A stretch of 64,000 nt of DNA from a virus (taxonomy: Duplodnaviria > Caudoviricetes), in IMG/VR virus record IMGVR_UViG_3300028797_000010, positions 21,381 to 85,380 of that record. One strand, 5' to 3'. The notes under the pieces are model-generated. The model saw only the letters and a list, made by a program, of their open reading frames with translations, did not search any database and was not told the DNA's origin. Made by a program: the position numbers and the translations under genes. This document shows positions 35,126 to 43,967 of this stretch, in pieces; position 1 is the first letter of the stretch, and every line of letters starts with the position of its first letter.

Positions 35126-36412
35126 TTATAAAAGCACAACTGCCTGCACACGAAAACTGTTACCCACACCGTTGGTGCTCAAGGAACCATACGCTCCACT
35201 GAAAAACCAAGCATTATTGCTGTAATACCTCTGCGAAAACCATCGGGAGACAGAATTAGTAATCTGAGTACCACCCATCTTACCTATAGTAGCACTTATA
35301 ATATCTCTTTTATCGTCAGGCATAAACATCATACCATCATTTACTCCTGGTAGATACCAATCACCAACATCTATCTTAGGTATATCACTAAACCCTACAG
35401 TCTTTGCAGAGTGCATGGCAGGATACTTATAAGCAATAGTGCCATCCTTCTTGGTAAATGTATCATCACCATACTTGTAAGTAAGAGTTTTACCATCAGG
35501 AAGATTAAAGCAGCCATATTTTTGTGGAAACATTACCATGCAATTTGCAATATAATTAGCATAAGTGGTAAATTGCTCACGAAGGGTTGCACAATACTGT
35601 GAGGTATTGAAAGAGGTTTCGTTCACAACATCACCGCCAGCTGTCATATTACTTGTAGGGGTCTTTCCACTGACACTATAATAACTGTAGAATTTATCAT
35701 AGCTCATGCCACCATAAGAAGCACTGTATCCATTCTTTCTGAATAGAGTGCTGTTAGCGGGCATATCACCATAGACACATAGCTGGCCAGTAATATTACT
35801 ACCAGTACCACCAATAGCGGTAGAGTATTGCCTATAGTCAGCAGAAGCATCGTTCTGAACAATAATCCTACTATTGTCCTCATCATAGAAAGCCCACCAC
35901 TTATGGTTGTCGTAACCTACATAACCAGTGTTTCCAGCAGCTTCAATGGCAGTGGCTATCTCACTTGCAGATGTTGCATTAATCTCAGCTGAAGTGAGTG
36001 TTACTGGAATTGATACAGGATTAGCATAATCACCTGCCATTGCAAGCTTTATAGTTATGCTTGTAGAACTAACGGTTGTGATTTCATGCTGTACACAATC
36101 ACACCATTTAAAATTACCTTGAGCATCAACATGAATACCAAGAGTCTTATCACCTACCTTACCAACGACTGCACCAACTTTGGTAAATCCTTGTGAAGCA
36201 AGCAGGCTATGGTTAAGCTGGTCACCTCCCTTGAAAAACACAACCTTAGTGCCATCATGATAGATTGCATCACCACACATAGGAGTCTCTGTAACAATAT
36301 TGATACCATCAACCTTTATCTCGTCTGTACTGTCAATCAATGCAACCCTACTTTCAGTAGTAGGCTTGCCTGCTGCATCATAAGCAGCCTTGTTTGTATA
36401 TTTTACTATCAT
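35126..36412 (-). CDS. Putative receptor-binding protein with a C-terminal CLec-like DGR variable region
   Basis: DWYLPG...RWFSQRYYSNNAWFFSGAYGSLSTNGVGNSFRVQAVVLL. Confidence 0.75.
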   Translation of the reverse strand: MIVKYTNKAAYDAAGKPTTESRVALIDSTDEIKVDGINIVTETPMCGDAIYHDGTKVVFFKGGDQLNHSLLASQGFTKVGAVVGKVGDKTLGIHVDAQGNFKWCDCVQHEITTVSSTSITIKLAMAGDYANPVSIPVTLTSAEINATSASEIATAIEAAGNTGYVGYDNHKWWAFYDEDNSRIIVQNDASADYRQYSTAIGGTGSNITGQLCVYGDMPANSTLFRKNGYSASYGGMSYDKFYSYYSVSGKTPTSNMTAGGDVVNETSFNTSQYCATLREQFTTYANYIANCMVMFPQKYGCFNLPDGKTLTYKYGDDTFTKKDGTIAYKYPAMHSAKTVGFSDIPKIDVGDWYLPGVNDGMMFMPDDKRDIISATIGKMGGTQITNSVSRWFSQRYYSNNAWFFSGAYGSLSTNGVGNSFRVQAVVLL

Positions 36413-36437
36413 AGTCTTATCTTTTTAATAGTTAATA

Positions 36438-38747
36438 TTAATTTAGAACAACCCAATCCGAAATTGCATTAGTCACCTTTGTGGCAAGATAAACCTTAGT
36501 TCCTGTAGTAGCTTGGTCAATATACACCTGTCCTACAAACCTTGGAACACCAGTCCATATACCCATAGTGCTGTTATCCCAGTTGGTTGGGACATTAGCA
36601 GCAGAGGGAGCACCAGCCACAGTAGATATAAGTGCAAAAGGAACACCATACTGATAGTACTCAACAGAATCAACAGTCTGTACTCTCAATAGAGTTCTTT
36701 CATTGGTAAGAAGCTGTTTAAGACCGTCTATCTCACCTTTAAGATATGCAAATGCCTTGCTTATAATAGGAACAGTATCAGGATTGATGTCAGCAGTACG
36801 TGTGTTGATAGTATCCATTTCCTCTACGGCATCAATGCTGTACTTACATACAAGCGTAGCAGGAGCAGTCTTAACCTCAGAAGTGTTCTTTGGAAGAATC
36901 CTCTCTACTCCCCAGTTGTTTTCTATATAATTGACAGGCAGAGTTACAGGAGTACCATCGACAAAGTGGTCAGAACCCATATAAACTAAGTCTGTATAGG
37001 TTTCAGGAGTAGCAAGCTCGAAGTAAAGAAGAATGCCATCCATTGCAGTCTTGAATGTGGCGGCATCAGAATAATCGGTATTTTTGATTGCAAAATGGTC
37101 TGCACCATAGTAACCACCGTTATATATTTCTTTATCATTCATTGAAGAACCACCTTGTGTATATTTAGGGCAAATTAAGTAGCCACTCCACTTCATTCCC
37201 AAATTGGTCTTATTTGCCTTAAAAGTATTATCAATACCACCTACGGCTTGCCAAGTCAAGTAACCTAAATCAACCTCTTGTATCGCTCTCTTAGCCACAA
37301 CAGCACCATTCTCAATCTTCAGAGCATCAACAATGTCATTGACTTTAGGCATACCAGTAGGCCATACCCTTACGAGTTCACCAGCACCATTCTTCTTACC
37401 ATAGATATGAGTTACATCAAGATAAGCCTGATGGATTTCATAAGGCTCATAATCAACCTTATTTCCGTCCCACCAAAGGAACACAGCACAGTCAGCACCA
37501 CGGTCTGCAACATTAATCGTACCAGCAACATCAATCTCAAACTTTCCGTCAGCATCAGGAGTGATGGTTGATGTGTTACCAAGCCTGTCTGTGAAGGTAA
37601 CTGTGCCATGAGTGCCAGTTATGCCATAGTAGTTGCCATAGACCTCACTATAGGCTCCGATAATCTCTGCCTTACCTGTTGTTGGGTCAAGGAGGTTAAA
37701 GCCTATAGATTCAATACCAGTCATGTTATTGTTAATAACAGAACCAGCATCATAATCATAGTATTCCTGTAGACCAACATTAGCAGCAAGCCATGCCTCA
37801 AAGTCTTCTACAGTAGAAGGTTCATTACCAGCACCGAACATTTGGGTAAGGTCGAAGACTTTAAGATTCTTGACATCAAAAGCATCGTCTCCGGCGGATA
37901 ATTCACTTGTGTCGATATAGAATCTCAAAAGCTTCTCTTCAACCGGTTGGACGATAAACTTTGCCGTAGAAAAAGATGTCGTTGCTGTAATATAAGTTTG
38001 TACTCCGCCGAACACAACGTGCGTAAAATGCGCCGTACCATAATCTTTCAGCGTGGCGAATACGATATACTTATGTCCAACAACAGGTCTCAACGCGGAA
38101 AGAGAGAATTCAAATCCAGAATACTGATTCGGCGAACTTACAACGCCGTGGCCAACATTGTTTTGCACAGTTAGGGTAATGTACCCAGTCGATAATCCAG
38201 TCGGAGCAGAGTTGTCCGCGAAATTCCCATTCTGTACAAGCTGATTAAACTTAAAGCTGTTACCCTGAACCTCTGTAATCTGCCCAAGACCGTTTGCCAC
38301 TTCTGCATCCCCGCCAGTAGTGCGCTCAAGGAAAGTTCCTTCAACCAAAGTACGGCCTGAGAGGTTGTCTGCAATGCCAGCACCCAACGTGGGGTAGCTG
38401 CCGTCGATGTCAGCCTTTTTTGCGTCGAGAGTCTGTATTTCGGTTTCCAAGGCATCGGTGCTACCCTTTACGCTATACGGGTCTACGTGGGCTGCGTTCC
38501 AAGCACCAGCGGCATGGGCTGTCTTGAACTTCCAAAGCTTGTTTGTGTGATATACTATGTCACCAACGGCGTATGGGGTGACGGTTGAGAATGCAGGATA
38601 GCCCAATGTATCCTTGTCGGGGGTATCAACCAGCGTCTGACTAAGTGCTTGGCTCTTGGCTACATCTTGAACCAACGTCGATTTAGTCTTAGGCAGAAGG
38701 GTGTCCTGCGTGCCCTTCTTCTGTAAATAACCTGTCTTTGTAGTCAT
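36438..38747 (-). CDS. Tail fibre/adhesin-like structural protein
   Basis: N-terminal FSTVTPYAVGDIVY...WKF..AHAAGAW carbohydrate-binding-like module, then NQLVQNGNF beta-sandwich-like segments. Confidence 0.65.
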   Translation of the reverse strand: MTTKTGYLQKKGTQDTLLPKTKSTLVQDVAKSQALSQTLVDTPDKDTLGYPAFSTVTPYAVGDIVYHTNKLWKFKTAHAAGAWNAAHVDPYSVKGSTDALETEIQTLDAKKADIDGSYPTLGAGIADNLSGRTLVEGTFLERTTGGDAEVANGLGQITEVQGNSFKFNQLVQNGNFADNSAPTGLSTGYITLTVQNNVGHGVVSSPNQYSGFEFSLSALRPVVGHKYIVFATLKDYGTAHFTHVVFGGVQTYITATTSFSTAKFIVQPVEEKLLRFYIDTSELSAGDDAFDVKNLKVFDLTQMFGAGNEPSTVEDFEAWLAANVGLQEYYDYDAGSVINNNMTGIESIGFNLLDPTTGKAEIIGAYSEVYGNYYGITGTHGTVTFTDRLGNTSTITPDADGKFEIDVAGTINVADRGADCAVFLWWDGNKVDYEPYEIHQAYLDVTHIYGKKNGAGELVRVWPTGMPKVNDIVDALKIENGAVVAKRAIQEVDLGYLTWQAVGGIDNTFKANKTNLGMKWSGYLICPKYTQGGSSMNDKEIYNGGYYGADHFAIKNTDYSDAATFKTAMDGILLYFELATPETYTDLVYMGSDHFVDGTPVTLPVNYIENNWGVERILPKNTSEVKTAPATLVCKYSIDAVEEMDTINTRTADINPDTVPIISKAFAYLKGEIDGLKQLLTNERTLLRVQTVDSVEYYQYGVPFALISTVAGAPSAANVPTNWDNSTMGIWTGVPRFVGQVYIDQATTGTKVYLATKVTNAISDWVVLN

Positions 38748-38789
38748 AATCTTGATATTTTTTAAGTTGTTTCTTTATGTTTCAAGCAA

Positions 38790-40151
38790 TTAGAACGTGA
38801 ACGTTTCCTCGGCTTCATCGATAAAGGTCACGTCACCCTCCACTTCCTCGATGGCATCAAGCCTTGCGTCAAGGTTTTGGTATGTACCGCGTGCCGCTTC
38901 CACCTCGTTATCCAAGTTCCCAGCCAACGTCTGCAAGGCATCCACGTCACCCGAAACCTCAGAAAGGTCTTCGTCCATAGCGTCAAACCTTGCATCCAAG
39001 GACTGATAGCTGCCCTTTGCGCCGTCGATTTCCGACTTCGCATAGTCGCCCTGCTGTTTTGCATAGTCGCCCTGAGTCTGCGCATAGCCTGCCTTGGTGT
39101 TGGCCAATGCGGCCTTGTCGTTGGCATTCGCGGCGGCAGTATTGGCCGATGCGGCTGCGCTGTTCGCGTCCGTTGCCGCCTGCTGTGCAAGTGCCGCCTT
39201 TGCGTTGGCAAGTGCCGCCGCCTCCTGTGCCGCCGTAATCTGGACGCCTGCATCCGTCAAGGCTTGGTACAAGACGGCAAGTATGCGGTCAATCTCGTCG
39301 GTCAAGTCCGCACTTATCTCCTCTTCAATGAAATCTGGCGTTGCGGCGATGTCCGACGGCTGTACGGCTGTCGCACCTGCCTGCGCGCCACTGCGAATCG
39401 TCTGCAAGTCCTGTATCACGTCCTGTTTGCCGTTCAACAACGTGGTAAGTTCGGCACTTGTCGGCAAATTGCCAAGCTTTGTGACAAGCGACGACGTGAT
39501 GCCGCTGTTGATTGCAGCCCATTGTGCCGCCGTGAATCCGCTGTTGTTCAAGGCATACTCAAACGCCCAAGACGTGCCGTTGTACTTGTAGCGTTCCACA
39601 CTTGAAATGACCGTAGGCGTGGTTGCCGACGTCGGTATCTGCACAAAGGCGTAGTCATTGTTGTCCTCACCCGACACGACCGTTCCAAGCTTCGTCGCAA
39701 TCTGCTCGTGCGATGCGTTGACGGCCAATGAAAGGTCGCTTACCAAGTTGTACGTCCCACGGAACGTTGCCGTTGACGTGGAAATGCTTGAATTGACGAA
39801 CAACTCGGTGGCAAGTAGGTTGTCACTTGACGCATCTCTCGGAATCTTGGCGTTGATGCTTCCGATGGCCGAGTTGACGTCCGACGCGTTGGCTTTCTGC
39901 GCAAGCCTTTCGTCCGCTTCCGTCTTGGTGTACACATTGTTTGCGTTGGCCTTTTCGGAAAGCTTTGTGTCAACCTCACCCTTGTTGTAGGTGTTTGACT
40001 GAGGCGCGGCTTGGTCGGCCTTGGTCAGCGATTCCTTCACGCCGTCGGCAAGGTCTGACTTCGGTATGCCGCCTTGTGGTTTGCGGTATGCGCCAGCATC
40101 CTGAATGTCATATTCAGTGCCGTCTAAGTTGATGTGGTCTAAAACTCCCAT
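38790..40151 (-). CDS. Tail fibre shaft/coiled-coil structural protein
   Basis: Y(T/N)KxExD repeats, an Ala-rich heptad run, YAxxQGD repeats and LDARF/LDARL repeats. Confidence 0.65.
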   Translation of the reverse strand: MGVLDHINLDGTEYDIQDAGAYRKPQGGIPKSDLADGVKESLTKADQAAPQSNTYNKGEVDTKLSEKANANNVYTKTEADERLAQKANASDVNSAIGSINAKIPRDASSDNLLATELFVNSSISTSTATFRGTYNLVSDLSLAVNASHEQIATKLGTVVSGEDNNDYAFVQIPTSATTPTVISSVERYKYNGTSWAFEYALNNSGFTAAQWAAINSGITSSLVTKLGNLPTSAELTTLLNGKQDVIQDLQTIRSGAQAGATAVQPSDIAATPDFIEEEISADLTDEIDRILAVLYQALTDAGVQITAAQEAAALANAKAALAQQAATDANSAAASANTAAANANDKAALANTKAGYAQTQGDYAKQQGDYAKSEIDGAKGSYQSLDARFDAMDEDLSEVSGDVDALQTLAGNLDNEVEAARGTYQNLDARLDAIEEVEGDVTFIDEAEETFTF

Positions 40152-40180
40152 AATATCCTGTTCTTTTTAGTTGTTATTCA

Positions 40181-40783
40181 TTAGATGAAAAGCGTAGTCC
40201 CCTCGACGGTCGCATGGATTTTCTCGCCGTTGCGAACCTCGAAGTCGTAGTGCCGTCCGTCCTCGATGTTGACACGTACGACGTTCACACCGCCGCTTTC
40301 GTGCGACGTCTCTATCTGCTCGACCGATGATATGCTGTACCCTTGGTCGCCCTTGTCACCCTTGTCGCCCTTGGCATAGAAGAACACCGCGCCGTCAAGG
40401 ACATAGTCGATGGTGTCGAACTCAATGCCAGCCTCGATTCCTGCGTCCGCAGTAGGTGACACGACCTGTATGATTGCGCGCACCATATAGCGGCACGGAC
40501 GGTTTTCTTGGTCATAGCACAACACGGTCACTTGGTACGTTCCTATGGGAAGCGTCGCATCATCCTCGATGGTCATCACATTGCCAACGACATCGGGTGT
40601 GTACGACTTAGTGTAGCCGCCCTCGCGCATAAGCCTCACCTCCATCGGCTTTTCAAGGTTCGGATAGAAGTCAGACTCGGTCTCCGTCTCGTGCCCGTCC
40701 GTCATCGTGCGTATGCGCATCGTAAGCGGTATTGCCACCCGCATCACGTTTCCGAACACATGCTTTATAAGTGTCTTTGCCAT
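40181..40783 (-). CDS. Baseplate/fibre-base-like protein with a short collagen-like repeat
   Basis: AKGDKGDKGDQG after a beta-rich N-terminal domain. Confidence 0.55.
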   Translation of the reverse strand: MAKTLIKHVFGNVMRVAIPLTMRIRTMTDGHETETESDFYPNLEKPMEVRLMREGGYTKSYTPDVVGNVMTIEDDATLPIGTYQVTVLCYDQENRPCRYMVRAIIQVVSPTADAGIEAGIEFDTIDYVLDGAVFFYAKGDKGDKGDQGYSISSVEQIETSHESGGVNVVRVNIEDGRHYDFEVRNGEKIHATVEGTTLFI

Positions 40784-40801
40784 ATTCCGTATCTCTTTTT
40801 A

Positions 40802-41500
40802 TTATTGTGTCGTTATCATTAATGTTGTCCCAACCACTTGCAGATGCACCTTTGTGTGCTGTATGAACACGCTGTTTAGTTCCGACTGGTAGGCCGTAAG
40901 CCCACGGTCGTAAACGTTGTCGGTGTATATCGTACTCGTCGGTGTGGGCGATGGCGTGTCGCCGCCCGATGCCTGACGGTACGGGTTAGCCACATAGCCG
41001 TCATCGTCTCCAGCCCTTACGTCCAAGGTGTGCAGGGTAATAGTGCCCATGATATAGTTATTGCCCCTCGGACGGTGAAGTTTCTCCGTGGTAGGCTTGT
41101 ATTCCTTCAGACACACGCACCGCATCGTCCTGCCCGCATAGTCAGACCTGACGTACAACTCCCCGTCCGTCATATAGGCGATGAACGAATCGTGTCTCTG
41201 TCGCACGTCAATGACGTGGTTTGGAAGCGCGTACCTGTCACCCACGATGAAGGTTATCGCCAAGTCCACGTTCTCGCGGAAAACGACATCGTACTCAACG
41301 TTGTCTATCGTCTCTTGGGAAGTCACCATGTAGTCCTCCCCCTGTGCGTTGACCCATTGCGCGGTGTATATGTTGATTGGCTTGCCTACCGACGTAAAGC
41401 CGTCTATCTTCAACACCCTCACGCCCTCGAAAAGCGACGCGATGGTGGCAAAGTCTTGGCTGCCGCGTTTTACAAGATACTCATTCGCTATGTCTGCCAT
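40802..41500 (-). CDS. Putative distal tail-like structural protein
   Basis: Position and beta-rich content. The family assignment is uncertain. Confidence 0.45.
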   Translation of the reverse strand: MADIANEYLVKRGSQDFATIASLFEGVRVLKIDGFTSVGKPINIYTAQWVNAQGEDYMVTSQETIDNVEYDVVFRENVDLAITFIVGDRYALPNHVIDVRQRHDSFIAYMTDGELYVRSDYAGRTMRCVCLKEYKPTTEKLHRPRGNNYIMGTITLHTLDVRAGDDDGYVANPYRQASGGDTPSPTPTSTIYTDNVYDRGLTAYQSELNSVFIQHTKVHLQVVGTTLMITTQ

Positions 41501-41506
41501 ACTCGT

Positions 41507-41983
41507 TTAATGTTTCTTTATCGTTAATCCATTCACATAGTACACCGTACGGCCAAGGAACGTGTTCGCCTCGTCTGCACGTCTTCTGACCAAGCCCGCG
41601 AGCACCTTGCCGCCAGCACGCGTCCACCGTATCATCTCGTCCGTAACAGCCGTGTCGTTAGCACCCGAAACGATGCGCTTTTTCATGGTGGAGCCGTTGA
41701 AATTGCCCGCACCAAGATTGAAAATCCAGCTGCAAAGGGCGTCGAACTGGTTTTGCGTGAAGTTGATGTGCATGTTGTTCAACAGGGTTTCTATCGGCTT
41801 TAAGTCCTCTTTAAGGAACTGCTCTGCCTGCGCCTGCGTGATTGCCATGCCAGCCTTTACGCCACGCGTGTGACCATAGCCTATTGTCAGCACACCAACG
41901 GAATCCCTATAGGCGTACAATTTGCATCCCTCAAACCTTTTAATCAAGGCTATTCCATTATCACTAATTTTCATGAGCGTCAT
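41507..41983 (-). CDS. Endolysin, GH24 lysozyme
   Basis: IKRFEGCKLYAYRDSVGVLTIGYGHT, NQFDAL..FNLG and GLVRRRADEA. Confidence 0.95.
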   Translation of the reverse strand: MTLMKISDNGIALIKRFEGCKLYAYRDSVGVLTIGYGHTRGVKAGMAITQAQAEQFLKEDLKPIETLLNNMHINFTQNQFDALCSWIFNLGAGNFNGSTMKKRIVSGANDTAVTDEMIRWTRAGGKVLAGLVRRRADEANTFLGRTVYYVNGLTIKKH

Positions 41984-42432
41984 GTCCTTTCTTGGTTTTT
42001 TCTTGTCATAAAGCTATCATCGTCCACTGGGGTGAGAAACACCCTTGTGCGCTGTTGGCAATTTGACTTGCCGCACATCATTTCGGTCACCAGTTCAAGA
42101 CGGTGCTCAAGCGACTCTATCTTGTTTTCTTGCGTGGCAAGTTTCTTTTCTTGTTCACGTAACTTGTCGTCCTGTTTAAGTAACTTATTCTCGTTCTCGG
42201 CAACACGTTTTCTTAGCTGTTCGCATTCATCGCTAATTTCCGCATTGAACTTACGAAGCCTTTCGTTGTGCGTTTCCAAGTCGGTGAGCATTTCTTGGTA
42301 GATGTCTTGCTCTGACTGAATCGCCTTGGCATCCTCCTGTCGTTTGTGCGCCCGCCAGTTGACGAACCAGCCGCCACTTGCTATAAGTGTAAGTATGCCA
42401 AGAATCCAATTCAAAAGTTCACCCCATTCCAT
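41980..42432 (-). CDS. Holin-like membrane protein
   Basis: One N-terminal TM helix plus a long coiled coil. It overlaps the endolysin start. Confidence 0.55.
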   Translation of the reverse strand: MEWGELLNWILGILTLIASGGWFVNWRAHKRQEDAKAIQSEQDIYQEMLTDLETHNERLRKFNAEISDECEQLRKRVAENENKLLKQDDKLREQEKKLATQENKIESLEHRLELVTEMMCGKSNCQQRTRVFLTPVDDDSFMTRKNQERT

Positions 42433-42457
42433 TGTTTAACGACCTCCTTTCCTTTAG

Positions 42458-43966
42458 TTATGACATTCCTGTCTTTACACGATTGTCAATTATCTCGTCG
42501 CTACGATTCTTGGCGATGCTTTGCGCCTTACGTGATTCTTTGTCAAGTCCGTCTTGCGGAATCAAAGAGCCACGTTCGTCAATGATGCGTTCCATTTCGT
42601 CGGGTGCAGCATCGGGCGACTTTTCGATGATTGTGCGCATCGAAAGCCACTTTGCCTCCATTGCCAAGTTGGTAATCTTGGTATTGTTGGTTTCCAATGA
42701 CCAAGGCACAATCTTAGCACCTATATGTAGTTTTGCAAACTTGTTTCCATCGTTTCCTTCGAGGTCAAGCCCCTCTTGGTGTAAGTACACCATGTCATTG
42801 ACGAACTTGCGCCAATCCAAGGCCGATTGTGTCGCCAAAGCGTAGTCATTTGACATGGCCAACGCAATACCATTGCCGCCACTATTCGTCGTGGTGATGT
42901 CCTTTGGCGTAATGAAAGATGTTGACGAGAAAAGTGAAATCTTTTCTTCTAACGTTTTCAAATACCCGTCCATCGTCTGTGGTTCGGGGAAGTCCAACAC
43001 CTTTGCGTCCTGCTTACCACCAGTCGTGTCGCTTGAAAGGTTGATGATGAGCGTTGAAGAATCACGCTTAAACGACTCCGTGTCCATATCGCCAGTAAAG
43101 ACAAGGGCAAATGTTCCAAAGCGTTTCAAGGCGATGTCTTGTATATTGGCCATAAGTTCCCACATTTCAATCGTGGATTCGGCATATTCCCAAGCCACTT
43201 TGCCACGCTTGTAAAGCAACGGACAACGCGAGAACCCATGTTTCTCGCTTACAATCTCCCATCCTTGGTCGCCTTGCATCACACGATAGTGTAGTTTGTT
43301 GTCATACGTGTCTATGACGATTTTCCCGTCCAAGTCATATACCAACGAGCGGGCTACCTCGAATCCATATTCATCATAGTTTGGGACAATCTGATAGCCA
43401 TTTTCATAGCTATAATTGGTAACTACAACGTGTCTTTCTTCTTTGTCGTAGCGAAACAACAGTCCGCAGTTTCCAAGTTGCTTGCACGTGTTGATGGCTT
43501 GTGAAAGCCACCAGTCCATGTTGCGGGAAGCCCATTCGTCTTTGACTATTTCGAAAGCATCAATGCCACCGTTTTCGGCATCGGTTTTTCCAAGGTTGAA
43601 CTCCAAGGGGTTGGCCGTCAAAGAACGCACGTGAGCCGAGTGGATTAGCTTTTGGAACGATGCCGTTTGTGTCATGTCCATGATACCGCAATCCAACGGC
43701 GTGCCATCAATCCTTACCTTGATGTGTGGTATAGACTGATTCAGTATAATATGATGCAAGTCAGGACGGTACTCGGTAATGAACGTGTCTTGTGATATTG
43801 GCTTCAGCGTAAGGTTCGCAAAGCCAGTGTTAAGCGTTGTGTTGTTTTTGATTTCGGAGGATTCGTATCCGTGTCCATTCATTGAACCGCCACGTGTAAA
43901 AGGCTTCATCATCATAAGCCTTGTGGGTTCCTCCATGAACCAATTGATGTTATGCAGTCTAATCAT
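42458..43966 (-). CDS. Portal protein (SPP1 gp6-like)
   Basis: 502 aa directly after TerL, with a portal-like helical pattern (SGGNGIAL, MRTIIEKSP). Confidence 0.75.
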   Translation of the reverse strand: MIRLHNINWFMEEPTRLMMMKPFTRGGSMNGHGYESSEIKNNTTLNTGFANLTLKPISQDTFITEYRPDLHHIILNQSIPHIKVRIDGTPLDCGIMDMTQTASFQKLIHSAHVRSLTANPLEFNLGKTDAENGGIDAFEIVKDEWASRNMDWWLSQAINTCKQLGNCGLLFRYDKEERHVVVTNYSYENGYQIVPNYDEYGFEVARSLVYDLDGKIVIDTYDNKLHYRVMQGDQGWEIVSEKHGFSRCPLLYKRGKVAWEYAESTIEMWELMANIQDIALKRFGTFALVFTGDMDTESFKRDSSTLIINLSSDTTGGKQDAKVLDFPEPQTMDGYLKTLEEKISLFSSTSFITPKDITTTNSGGNGIALAMSNDYALATQSALDWRKFVNDMVYLHQEGLDLEGNDGNKFAKLHIGAKIVPWSLETNNTKITNLAMEAKWLSMRTIIEKSPDAAPDEMERIIDERGSLIPQDGLDKESRKAQSIAKNRSDEIIDNRVKTGMS

Positions 43967-43967
43967 C

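Noticed and set aside
27101-41500. Invertible tail-fibre shufflon
   Set aside because: I found no invertase/recombinase, no inverted repeat pairs and no opposite-strand alternative C-termini. The long plus-strand ORFs here look like antisense shadows of GC-rich genes.
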